A stretch of 63,822 nt of DNA, the filler included, from Octopus bimaculoides (Eukaryota): the NCBI RefSeq assembly GCF_001194135.2. It is 9 parts of 8 records of this genome, joined end to end, with 100 filler letters (N's around TTAATTAATTAA, not from the genome) between each part and the next. Parts side by side here need not be neighbours in the genome. Positions count along the whole stretch, not along the records: positions 23,102 to 29,144 come from NC_068983.1; positions 29,245 to 41,735 come from NC_068987.1; 7 more parts are not named here. One strand, written 5' to 3'. The notes below the pieces were generated by a model. That model was not told the origin of the DNA, ran no database searches, and was given only the letters and a program-made list of their open reading frames with translations. This document shows positions 26,097-38,383 of the stretch, piece after piece; position 1 is the first letter of the stretch, and every line of letters begins with the position of its first letter. A program made the translations under genes and the position numbers.

Positions 26097-28240
26097 TTGC
26101 CTTTGCACAGCTTCTAACGCTGGAGATGTACTACAGTGTCAACTGTTCACTAGCAGTGAACTAAGGTAACACCTATTTTTCGAGCACCTTCCGGGGTATT
26201 CGAGCGGTTCTGAATCTCCATCCTTTTTTGATACGCCTCGATGACCTTGACTTTCATTTCTCTGTGTAGAATGTCATCCAGTTCTAAATTCCCTAAGTAT
26301 CTATACCCACTACCGTCGGGTTCACTCATGGTATTTCCTGATGGTAACCGCAATCCTCTGCAGGTTGCTTTCTTCCCTCTTTCTTATTAAGTGCTGAGCA
26401 TTTGGTGATCCCAAATTCCATGCCGGTGTCCCTAGCACCCTTCTGGACTGTTTTGGTTAAGGAATCCGTCTGTTTTCCGGATTTCCCAAGCAATTTCAAG
26501 TCATCTATAAACAGAAGATGGTTCAATGATGGGCCTTTCTTCCCGCATCAGTAACCCATCCTAACTTTCCGAAGTGTCATTGTTATGGGTATTAGTGCAA
26601 TTACAAATAGTAACGGAGTAAACGAGTCACCTTGGAAGATTCTCCTTTTAATATTAACTTCTCCAAGGAATATATTACTTGAGTACAATTTGGTTTTCCA
26701 CTCTTTCATGCTATGCATCAGAAAGTTTGTGATGTAGTCAGCAACACCAAACATTTGCAGGCATTCTCCTAGGATATTATCTCTTCTTTCAGTGTTCCTT
26801 TCTTCAACCAATCCCACCTGTTTTCCAGCAACTTCAGTTGTGGCTATATGAAATCGATTGTGTAGTCCCTTGTTGCATAATGCTTCTTCATGTCCTTTTT
26901 GCACTTCTTCCTTTGTTCTACCTTTTTCCCGCTTTCAATACGCCCCCAGGCCTAACTGACATTAGCAAGGTTTCCTTACTTTCGGATAAGTATCTCATTA
27001 AGCTCCCGACTTCGATACGTAAGCAGTCTTCCACACTTATTAGCCCCTTTCCTTCATTTGGTCTCTTCATGCATAGGCGATCAATGTCTGCACGTGAATG
27101 ATGGGCTCCATGCATCGTTAGGAGCCTCCTTTTTTCCTGCCCGACTCCTTTAGCTCCTCCTCTCTCCACTTCAGGATCCCAGCGCCATACCGAACTACTG
27201 CGAGTGTGCGCAAGTTTATTGCCGAAATTATGTTTCTGACATTCAGCTTTGAATCCAGTATTTTTCTCACTCGTTGCAGGTACTCTTTCATTCTTGTATG
27301 CTTTACAATAGTCATTCCATACGATGATCAGGCTTGTGTGTCTTCTCTTGTAGTTTCTGATTATCAATTAACAGCTGATGAACAGCTGATCTTTCACCTC
27401 CTGGCTTCTCTTTGCGCACCCTTTCTGTTCAAAAGGTAGCAGCCCACTTTTTCTAAATATCTATACAGTTCACCGACCAAAGCACCTGACAATGGTTTCT
27501 ACGTTAGCGAAAGACACGTTATTTGTCAAAAGCTGGATGCCACATTACCCTTTCAGAATCCTTGGTACGTAACAATGTCTTTCCCTTTGTCATCCAACTG
27601 GGTACTGCACCTTCCTGCAGTCACTCATCTAGCTGTTGCGCTATCCTTTCATGGAGCCCTATCAGCTTCTTCATCCAATAAACTTGGGACCTATCCGATC
27701 CTAGGCTCTTCCGATTTGGGAATTTCCTTATCTATGTTTTTATCATTTCTGTAGTTATTTTTATGTTACCTTGGCCTTCTATATTTCTTACCCTATCTTG
27801 GATTTCATGCAGCCACTCCGTTTCATCACTATACTCTACAGGTTGGTCCCAAATTTCTCTCCGGAATGCCCTGCTTTCCTCTGAATCTGATATTGCTACG
27901 TGTAATTGCACATCTAGTTCCTGAAACAGTTTTGTTTTTCTGTTTTGCTTCAAACAATCTGTTTTGCCGGAATTGTTTTGTTCTATTGTCATACCTTTCC
28001 AGTTTTGCATTGATTGCTAGTAGTTTTGTCTCAATTCTTCGAATATCATATCATACCCTCTATCTTTTTATTCTATATGTTCTTTCCAGTTTATTCTTAT
28101 GCTTTCGTTCAGAAATTCCCCTCTTTTCAATCTATCAACTTGTCCTAAATGTCTTTTTAACTTGGTTTCTCAGAAATTTATCTACTCCAGTATTATTCTT
28201 TACGATCTATTTGTTCTCTTCTTTTGTATCCAACTCTATC
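26097..28240 (-). mobile_element. R4/Dong-clade LINE, internally deleted and rearranged, flanked by (TAA)n/(CTA)n repeats
   Basis: EQKGC, WNDYCKAY, IFQGDSFTPLLFVIALIP, NHLLFIDDLKL, YRYLG, KEYLQRVRKILDSKLN, and 3' end RTARIPRKVLEK* followed by a (TAA)n tail. Confidence 0.9.
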
Positions 28241-28241
28241 T

Positions 28242-28286
<45 letters not shown>

Positions 28287-28289
28287 CAG

Positions 28290-28334
<45 letters not shown>

Positions 28335-28809
28335 GAAACTAGGTCGTCAATCCACGTGATCCCATAATTGAAATCTCTGGAAATGGAACCGATATTGAGA
28401 TACCTTACTTCATAACTGATATTGAACACGTCATCGAAATCATCACAAAATCTGTATACTGTACCCAGGAATTGACGATATTTTGCAACTCTTCCAAACT
28501 AGTGTTAAATAATGAGTTCGGATGGTATTCTCAAAAAGGAGTAGTCCAGAACTATTGGCCTGCCGAGAAAGGTATTTATTTGTTTACTTTGTTTACATTA
28601 AACCTTCACAAACAGTTTAGATTCGATTTCTAAAAGCAAAATTGTTGAGTTACTGTCTGTGAAGAAAAAAACTTGCAATTAAATGTTTTCTAGCTGTATG
28701 TCGATACCTCTTGGTCAGATGCGTGTCATAGCTGATAACCATGAGTCCTCTCAATTTTCCCATTCCAGATACATTGACATAACTCTTCTCAATATATGTA
28801 CCACATACA

Positions 28810-28843
<34 letters not shown>

Positions 28844-29329
28844 CATACATATATACATATATATATATATGTATGTGTGTGTGTGTGTGTGTGTATGAGA
28901 GAGAGAAAGAGAGGGAGTTGGTATGTAAAAGCACGTTGTTGGATGTATAAAAGACAAAAAAGAGTGAAAAAACTACAGAAGGCTTGTGTTATATGGTTAA
29001 AGTATATATTTAAATCGTTATGTTAGAAAAATGTTGTAAAATTTTGAGTATAGTAACATTGTTACTATACTCCATATTTTACACCATAGCGAAGACATGA
29101 TACGATATAGGTAAAGAAATTTGAGAAATTTGAGAACAATATATNNNNNNNNNNNNNNNNNNNNNNNNNNNNNNNNNNNNNNNNNNNNTTAATTAATTAA
29201 NNNNNNNNNNNNNNNNNNNNNNNNNNNNNNNNNNNNNNNNNNNNATATATATATATATATATATACATACATATACACAATTACAAACGCAATAGAATCA
29301 TCGAATGTGTAAAAAGTTTTTAAGATTTA

Positions 29330-29990
29330 AATCTGAGTTCAGTTTCTTGGATGAATTGCGCGTATAATTCGGAGGACCAGCCACGCCACCGGCGTGTCAC
29401 ACTGGTTCTAATTCAGTCTGGCATTAAGCGCGTGCAGGACTATGCCATCTTGAATATTTTACATGATACTTCAATGAAAAACGGGCCCTATTTGTAAACT
29501 CATTCTTGGAAACATTAAATGCATATATGCCTTCGCCTGTTGGTAACTGCTTGCACTTTGAATATCATCTAGTCAGACCAGATCAACACTTGGTTAGCGG
29601 CTCGTATCAGCTCAGCTAACATGGTTGTACCCTTGTCTAGCTGCTTCTGCCTGGAAGCCGCTGAAGCTAACTGCCGGGATTGTTTCTCGTATGCAGTTAG
29701 CTTTAAATCCTAATTTTAAATCCTGTGTATTGACGATTTAGAAATATCAAGAGCTTTTACAGTCTTTTCTTACGCTCCTGCGTGGATTTCCGTTAAGCAG
29801 TTGTTTCGTATAATTGATCGTTTCCTACCAGGAATTAGCTCGCTAGAGGTCTCCCTATATCGTTTTCATGTATTGAACCCTGTTATACGGCATACGTTCA
29901 ACTGTTTTGTGATATCCTCATTGCTCACTCCTGCTACTTTCAAAGCGACAATCTAGTCACGTTTTGCTTTCGATGCCATGTGTGTTTACA
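29330..29990 (-). mobile_element. Tc1/maT-like transposase remnant
   Basis: MASKAKRD*IVALKVAGVSNEDITKQLNV (HTH), NGNPRRSVRK, VLIWSD*MIFKV, FQDG, WPP, with internal deletions. Confidence 0.65.
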
Positions 29991-30133
29991 AACATGTTAT
30001 ACACAAACGAAACAATAAACACATAAACAAAAAAATATATGTAAATCTTTATGAATAATGTAGATAATATTATTTGAACAGAAATTCTTTAGGAAGAGTA
30101 TTGAACATGAGAAAATCTTTCTGAGCCACCTGC

Positions 30134-30170
<37 letters not shown>

Positions 30171-30899
30171 GGTATTTTTATAATCTTAAAGCGTAAAGCG
30201 ATTACCATGCAAATGACTAAGGAAAATCACTAATAATGGGGACGGAAAAAATAGGTTTTCCCATATATATATATATATATCACTAAATGTGATAACAACT
30301 TGAATACAGTCGGTTCGAGCGGTCTTTCTTTGAAAACAAGATGCAAAATATAATGTCGTTGTAGACCGAGATACAATAAGAAAACAAGGCACACAGCCCG
30401 TGGTGACTCTGCATATATAAGTTAAAGTAACATAGACTGCGGAATCGCATAAATAAAGTGAAACATCATTGGCTTGAAATTTAAAGGAACTGAAAAAGTG
30501 AGAGACAGAAACATTAAGAAAGACAACGAGAAATAGAGGGAGAGAAAGAGAAGGAGAATGAGAGATAGTACATGAGACCCACGAAATCATCGCTGCTTGA
30601 GCATCCGGCTATGTCAGAAAGAAAAAGAAATTAAAAAATAAAACGATTATTAATTACTTTGACATGATAGAAGGAGTGAGAAGGAGAAGAGTGGAAGCGT
30701 ATTTTTGCACGTATATGTATATTGTAGACTTTCGTAAAGATATGGCTTGAAATGGTCGTACTGATCTAAACGACCTCAAATATATCCCATTTCATTGGTG
30801 TTGTGTTTCAATGATTTATTTAAATTAGTTGTTTTGAAGTTTATTATAGGATACTGATATATCACAGAAGGCACTTTGAAATCTCAGAATTTATTAAAG

Positions 30900-31450
30900 C
30901 TGCTTATTTTCCATTTTGCAAATTTGATGGCAGGTTTAGTGAAAGACCACCTGCAACTTATAGTCAGTTATTACTTTGTGTAATTTCGCATTTCCGCAAG
31001 AATCATTTCTGTTGCATTGGACAACCTTCCTCTCCATATAACCACCACCTCGTTTACTATAATATATGAGAGGGCAGAATAAAGTTTTCCAAGTAATTTA
31101 CTCCTTCCTTCAGTAACTGAATTAACAATTATTTCCGGGAATGTAATATGCGCTCGGCAGAAATATATAATATATTCTGTAGCCTTAAACTGAATTCAAT
31201 AACTTCATCAATTCCGCAATCATAACGATATATAAACTCTATAATAGTTATATTCCAGTTTAGTAATTGACACAGTCTCTCCTGTACATTGAAATAAGTC
31301 CAATGGGCGCAAACTTTCTGATGAGTTGCGTAATTTCGATTGAAACTTTGGTAGGTGTGCATTTATCTTGTTCTCTTTCATACGAACGTCTGAATACCAT
31401 TCCTCGGTTACATAAGATTGGACAGTTGAGTTTCTTTGATGGAATCAGCT
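30900..31450 (-). mobile_element. Possible piggyBac-like transposase remnant
   Basis: LRPLDLF and ENFYSALSYIIVNEVVVIWRGRL weakly resemble the piggyBac RP..D...F...Y....+DE.++.++GRL motif. There are many stops. Confidence 0.3.
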
Positions 31451-32094
31451 AGAGTTCCTCTAATATCTTCCTTGTGTAAACTTCATGATTTTTTATTTTT
31501 ATATGCTTTTATTGAACATATGACAGTTGGGCAATCACTTTAAATCTACTGTATTGAAAATCAAAAGAATATCAAATTAAAAGTTTTAATTTAAACATAT
31601 GTTACAAATGTTAAAAGGAGGAGGTTTGTAGGAAACACTAAGGCTTTACTGGTACTATATTTTATCTACGTTCTACAGAGGAAGATTGAAATTCATCTCG
31701 ATAGGATTTAATTCAGAGCATAAAAAGCAAATAACGCATAGCATACGGCTATTCTGATGACACCCTCCAATACCACACCTGAGACTTTAGTAACAACAAC
31801 TGTACATGTGACTCTCAGTTATTTTGACGGAGGGCGCGTGTTTACACCCCCCCCCCCACACACACACATTCAGTTATTCTGACACTCGTGCAGAGTAACT
31901 GGATGTCAGTTGAATGCTCTCTCTCTATATATATATACACTCACAGAATAACTGAATGTCACCTGTATAGCATACACACACACACACACACACACACANN
32001 NNNNNNNNNNNNNNNNNNNNNNNNNNNNNNNNNNNTATATATATATATATATATATATATACACTCACAGAATAACTGAATGTCACATGTATAG

Positions 32095-32187
<93 letters not shown>

Positions 32188-35100
32188 ATAGAAATTATAA
32201 TATAAAATGGTGTAATATAACCAAATCCACAGCCGTCCGCAGCGTGCTCGATAATGTGACTCTCACTATTTCTTTACTATAGATACTTGAATATGCCTCG
32301 CTTTGACCTTTACATTTTTTCTAATTCCATCCATCATTCTGAGTCGTTACAATATAAGGAACTGTATTCCATTAAATCGAACATACCGTGCTAAATGTTT
32401 ATGTAGTTGAGCAACTATTAGCAATAAGGATCCCTGTAGCAGTTAAAACATGAGCAGATGTGGTTTTAGAGTAGCCTATCGTCAGACATGTCACATCTTA
32501 TATGTTTACACATATCTGAAATGTATCTAATGATCTATACATTGAAAAATAAGAAACGTATCTTACATAAAGATAATAATATCCTGTATAATAAAGTATA
32601 TGCACCAGTAATCTCACACAATCGACTCAATTTCAATAAAGTTAATACTTAGCATATGAGTATGAAAATCTCATAGTATATACTATACGAGCTGAATCTT
32701 AAAAGTAGAACAGCTCTGAATATGATAGAGTAATTGTGTCTTAAATATAGTTATAACAACTCTTGTACGTTGTAATTTAAAACGCACAGTTTCAAAGTAT
32801 GCCATTTGTCAAACGAATGCAACTCTGAAATAAAGACAGCAACATTCCAGCATTGCGATCTTCTCAAAAGACCTTACATGAAATCAATGAAGTCTTCGGT
32901 CTTAGTTTTCTTAAGATGATGGAAAGTGTTTATTTTTTAAATTTCAGTTTATTAATTAATAGCATGGCTCTTTATACTGAGTCTATTGTCAGTTTCTGAT
33001 TTCATTATTTTAGACGTATATTTTGGACAAAGAATGTTTATACTAACATTGGAATGGCATTCAAATAATACAATAATACATGACAAATATATGAAATAAA
33101 TGTTCTCTATAGAATCTAGAGGAACGAATTCTCTCTACAATAGAGTTGGAAGAAAATCAATAAATTGAAGTTGTATTGGTGCTTTTGAGGCTGATCTCTT
33201 GTAATTCCAAATGTTACATTTGAATTAAATATTGCAAGTCAGCTTTTAATAGGAAACATTTCTTCTTCTTGAAACATATTATAAAATCAATTGTTGAGAA
33301 AATTAACGATGATTATTAAAAAGAAATATAACAAAAGTAATAACTTTGCTGTCATCTGTTTACTTGTTTACTTAGCATCGTATAAATTAGTTATGGATTT
33401 TCTTTCAAAGACATCTTTGGAAATGTTTCAAAATTGATTGCTTTTTCAGACAGATTGGTGTTTAAAATACTATCAATTTATTATTTTCATTTTATTTTAT
33501 TTGATTTAATAAAATCCAATCTCTAATTTTAGTGTGACCTGCTTGTTCGCGAATAAAAATTCAGTCTTTCAATAATTGATAGAAAATATCCGAATGTTCA
33601 TCTGTTTCGCAATTAACATGATGTTTCGAGCCTGTTTATAGCTACAGAGACTTATTCACTGGATTTTGAGAAATGTTGCTATTTGCATAAACAAATATTA
33701 GTGTAGCAATACATCAGAAAAGATGGGTGATGAGACTGGTGTCATGATATGGGGGACGAAACTGGTGTCACGCCATATGTGTGTGCCTCAGTTCGTTCTT
33801 AGTTTCAGTTGCGATGTTTTTGCATTTCGCAACTGTTTGATGAAATATTTACTGGCCAAGTGGATAAGGGATTTAACTTAATACACATATACCTTGAAAA
33901 CTATTTGTTGGCGTGCTTCTGTTAGACATCAATATCTTAAAAACCGTAAAGAGGAGAAACTGTATAGCCATGTGTTATAAAAAGGAAGAAGCATTTAAAT
34001 ATTCAAGCAATAAATTTCATGAGGATGATGCAGGCCAAAATTTCGATCGTACATTCAATTACCCACCAAATATTGTAAGACACTGTAAAATTGTCGAGAG
34101 CTTTCACAAATTTCTACTGAATATAAGATACAACAACGCCTCTGAACTAAATTATATTACAATGTGCTATTTATAAGCCATTGTTCTTACTCAAATTATA
34201 AATTCTGAAGCTGACAGCCATATACTATATAATTGTTTTTAAATTGCTTACTTTTATGAACCACACTAGAATCAGGACATCAGTAAAATATTCAGTATAT
34301 GTATGTGCGTTTGTGTTTGTCCGTGTATACGTGTGTGTCTGCGTGTATTTATATACATATGTATGTATGGGTATGTGTGTATAAATGTGCGCACACATAT
34401 ACATGCATGTGTATGAGTGTGTATGTATCTATCGTAAGATCATGCACTTCAAATCTTGCGCTGGAACGGACATCGTTGTATATTATACAGGTATATTTAA
34501 AGCAAAGTTCGTATTCAGTCTTTAGGTGAGGTGATAATAGGTCACAACTAAATACTCTGACAGTTGAAGAACACTGAACGAATTCTTCTATTCGTATGTA
34601 GAAATAGATTTATCGATTTTTAATAACTGTTGCGGATTTTCATACTAATGAGGAGAAAAAATACATAGTAAGTATTGACTGATTTTTAAGCACATAGATG
34701 AAGAACATCTTTGCTATCAGTCCTATAACCTAAATACATACATTATTATGAAACAGCTTTAAGGGTTTTAACATAAATACAGCGATGTATACATTAATTA
34801 CGTAAGCGTCATGGAAACAATATGTAAAGCCATATAAAATAATAATTTACTAGATTCGACTAAAAAAAAATCTGAAATAACTGAAATTTGCAAAGGTGAT
34901 CCATTCACTAGCTATATAATACAATCGTATTCTTGAGGATATTATAATGATCTAAGTATACATACACGCTCAGACACCAACCTACCCAGACTCAGACACA
35001 CAGACACCACCTCACACACAGATTTCTATACATATATCTATAGATAGATATATAACTAGATATATAGGGAGATAGGTAATATCTAAATCTGTAACGCAGT

Positions 35101-35329
35101 ATAAAAGTATTCTCCGAACGATCCATAGCATTTAGACATCGAAATGTCACTTGAAATGTCCAAACTGCAATGGTGAAAGGTGTATTGAAGTTAAATATCT
35201 ATACTTGTGTTTCTCTTAATTACCCACTAAGTATGCTCTTTATTTACTTTATTTACATTTGACGAATATTTGTCCTCATCTTGTTTGTTGTCATCACAAC
35301 GGTTCGGCTGATATACCCTCCAGCCTTTG

Positions 35330-35372
<43 letters not shown>

Positions 35373-35374
<2 letters not shown>

Positions 35375-35444
35375 TCACTGCCTGAATCGAACTCGGAATA
35401 TTGGGGTTAGTAGCCCGCGCTCTTAACCACTACACCATATGCCC
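35373..35444 (-). pseudogene. tRNA-like (SINE-head-type) sequence inside the Penelope 3' pLTR
   Basis: The reverse complement is GGGCATATGGTGTAGTGGTTAAGAGCGCGGGCTACTAACCCCAATATTCCGAGTTCGATTC. It has an A-box, an anticodon-like loop CT-ACT-AA and a B-box; the acceptor stem is poor. Confidence 0.6.
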
Positions 35445-35703
35445 GTGGGCAATTAAGGAGTGTATTTTAGGGCTTATAAATCTGATATTTTCCTATCTTT
35501 CCTTAATACCGGTTCCAATATGCTATTCATATCTGCACTCAGCTTGCTTAGGAGGTTGTTGTGTCCTATTATATGTGCTGCTTCTTTTAGTTTTCGTATT
35601 TTCCAGTGGTGTTCTCTGTCTATTATTTTAACTTAATCCGACAGGGGGAGGTGGTCTCCATTTTTCCATACATGATCAGCTATACCCGATTTATCAATGT
35701 TGT

Positions 35704-35747
<44 letters not shown>

Positions 35748-35801
35748 GAATAACATCGAAAAATACCTTAAGAATGAGAACCCAGGTTCGATATTTCCCC
35801 A

Positions 35802-35848
35802 AGACACTTGAAGAAGGATGGAGGGCATATCAGCTGAAACGTTGTGTT
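35802..35848 (+). ncRNA. Mutated minimal hammerhead motif in the inverted pLTR
   Basis: GACAC-TTGAAGA-AGGATGGAGGGCATATCAGCT-GAAACGTT-GTGTT. Stem I is GACAC/GTGTT, stem III is palindromic AACGTT, and core C3 has become T. Confidence 0.5.
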
Positions 35849-35949
35849 AAGAACAAAAAGAACAAATATCTGTCAAATGTAAATAATGTAAATAATGTAC
35901 ATAATTCCTCATTTCTTAAATATAGAACTGTAAGTATGCTCTGTATATG

Positions 35950-36992
35950 AAATGTCCGTAACACTGATAAGTAGTGATGCACGAATGAGTTTTGATGGTG
36001 TCTCACTCAGCATAATACTGAAGGGAGTTGCTGTCTGGTGAGTTAGGTGGCTAGATTTTAAGGGTGACGTAATCGCAGAAATTGTCTGACACCAATGAGA
36101 GGCTTGTCCTGCTTGTGTGTCATGGTGCAGAGTCCTGTTACCAGACATAGGGTATTCCATCCAACATCTTCTTCACCTGGGGCAGCACTAACCCCTTCAG
36201 GCACTTGAAGTAGGACTCCATGTTGTGTCTAAGATCGTGTGGGAAGATAAATGGAGGCATAACGTCACTATCACTAGTGATCACTTCAAACACCATGTTT
36301 GATTATTATCACTTTCGGTACATGTTTTGAGGTCACGGAAATCCAACGGTTTTTCTGTGCTCACCATCTGATTCTGTTATAAATTTTCCACTTCTGAGGA
36401 AAACCAAGACATTTTTGGTTGGAGGGGATGCATAAGTTTGTTCAAAAGTCTCGTGCCGTTGACTTTCCTCTTGTTCTTGGGATAAAAATGGACCCTTTCA
36501 CAACTTGTATGAGGAGTATCAGATGTCTTCATGCATTACCTGCCTGATTAGAAACTCATACACTACCATATACCTTGCAATGGATCTCTTAGAGAGATCA
36601 TTATCAGTCATGGCTTGAATCTCACCATCAAATTCAGTAGTTCTTTTCTGAACAGTTTCCCGAGCTGCTATACGTTCGTACTCACCATTAGAGTGACCCA
36701 ACTTTTTCCGAATCCTCTGCACTGTCCTCAGATTGACACCCAAACACTATGAAATGTTCGTATTGAAGCTTTCGGCGCGAATGCCAAACAGTACAGCATG
36801 TTTCTTCTCGATTTCTGGTAGAGTGGTTTGCGTCATGGTGATGCTTTTGACAGAGACGGTGCCTAACTGACCCTACTATACTATGTAGCCGACAAAATCA
36901 GAAACAAACAATGCGCATGCGCGACACAAGGAATACAAAATGGTGACAATTCACCTATGGTGACAATTCACCAGATGGTGACAATTGCAGCC
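35950..36992 (-). mobile_element. maT/Tc1-like transposon remnant with 5' TIR and subterminal repeats
   Basis: MGVNLRTVQRIRKKL (HTH), RSIARYMVVYEFLIRQVMHEDI, and a WPPNS-type motif near 36040. Three TGGTGACAATT repeats lie at 36941, 36958 and 36976. Confidence 0.7.
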
Positions 36993-37010
36993 CCTCTCTC
37001 TATATATATA

Positions 37011-38256
37011 TCAGGTTGTCAAGAAATTTCTTGTGGTTTTTAACCTTTAAATTCAGATGCACATATCTCGGCTGAGACGAAACTTTATTAATCGAAACAC
37101 CATCAGAATCAACACACTTTTGCCAACGTGAAACAAGTTTATTTATGCCAGTAGCGTAAAAATTCTACGTTGTGGTAGCGATGAAGTCGTGTTTGGCATC
37201 GTCTTGCTTTTTGTATCATTTCTTACGCAAGAGGTCATGATGCTTGAAAAATTGGTAGTCGGTAGGCGAGAGGTCCGGTGAGTATGGCGGATGAGGAAGA
37301 GTTTCGTAGCCCAATTCGTTCAACTTCTGCAGTGTCAGTTGTGCGACGTGCGGCCGAACGTTGTCGGGGAGAAGAATTGATCCTTTTCTATTGACCAATG
37401 CTGGCTGTTCTTGTCGGAGTTTTTTATGTATTTCATCCATTTGTTGACAGTACTTCTCCGCCGTAATGGTTTCGCCAGGATCCAAAAAACCGTCATGGAT
37501 GTGACCAGCTGCAGACCACCAAACAGTCACCATGACCTCCTTTTGGTGCAACTTTGGCTTCGGGAAGTGCCGTGGAGCTTCGTCGGCGTCCAACCACTGA
37601 GCTGAGCGTCACCGGTTGTCGTAAAAAATCCACTTTTCATCGCAAGTCACAATCCGGTCGAGAAACGGATCGTTCTTGTTGCATAAAAGAAGGGCAGACG
37701 ATACTTCAAAACGGCGTTTTTGTTTGGTTGTCGTTCAATTCGTGCGGCATCCATTTCTCAAGTACTTTTGCTTTTCTAATCTCTTTCAAGCGGTTGGAAA
37801 TTACCGTATACGTTACGTCTAATTCCGAAACAAGCTCTCGAACAGTTGTGCGTGGATTGGCTTCGACTAAGGCTCTTAGTTGATCGTTGTCAACATCCGA
37901 TGGCCGCCCACTACGCTTATTATCTTCAAGACTCTTGTCACCGCTACGAAATTTCTTGAACCACCATTGTGCTGTACTTTCATTAGTGGTTCTTGGGCCA
38001 AACGCATCGTTGATATCGCGGGCTATTTCAGCAGCTTTCTTCCTAGCTTGAACTAGAATAAAAAAAACAATTGTGCGAATTTACATTTTTTTCCGCAAAA
38101 AATGACCTAATTATTCAAAAAGAGAAAGTGTATCACGATTAGATAGGGAAAGCAACTGGCTTTAAAATGATATATAAATTTGAAGAAAATTAATTTGAAA
38201 ATACATAATTTAAAACCAAAATTTAAAATTCCGCAAGAACTTTCTTGACAACCTAA
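37011..38256 (-). mobile_element. Full-length mariner (DD34D, Hsmar1/cecropia-like), frameshifted
   Basis: ORF 37216-37593: KPKLHQKEVMVTVWWS...ILLPDNVRPHVA...LPHPPYSPDLSPTDY. TIRs of about 30 bp are TCAGGTTGTCAAGAAATTTCTTG and CAAGAACTTTCTTGACAACCTAA, with TA on both flanks. Confidence 0.92.
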
Positions 38257-38309
38257 TATATATATATATATATATGGATAGATAAATAGATAAATAGAAA
38301 GAATAGCTG

Positions 38310-38383
<74 letters not shown>

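Larger units (their letters stand above)
35240..35935 (-). mobile_element. 5'-truncated Penelope-like element: GIY-YIG C-terminus, downstream pLTR and inverted upstream pLTR
   Basis: Minus strand 35470-35695 reads DKSGIADHVWKNGDHLPLSD*VKIIDREHHWKIRKLKEAAHIIGHNNLLSKLSADMNSILEPVLRKDRKISDL*. Region 35240-35327 is the reverse complement of 35815-35900. Confidence 0.8.

Noticed and set aside
31754-31793. Hammerhead-like CTGATGA...GAGACTTTAGTA
   Set aside because: GAAA is mutated and there is no credible stem II or stem I pairing.
31920-32160. Tandem duplication of (TA)n-CACTCACAGAATAACTGAATGTCAC-(CA)n
   Set aside because: The two copies lie on either side of a short gap, so they are probably overlapping contig ends that were not merged.
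32780-34200. Short open frames and splice-like sites in an AT-rich, non-repetitive stretch, including ORF 33913-34176
   Set aside because: There is no consistent frame or recognisable motif, and such sites are expected by chance in AT-rich DNA.
35373-35444. Functional tRNA gene (and likewise the SINE heads at 3630, 12480, 18030, 53040, 58560 and 60270)
   Set aside because: Acceptor and T stems are broken and the heads run into repeat bodies. They are tRNA-derived promoters, not tRNA genes.
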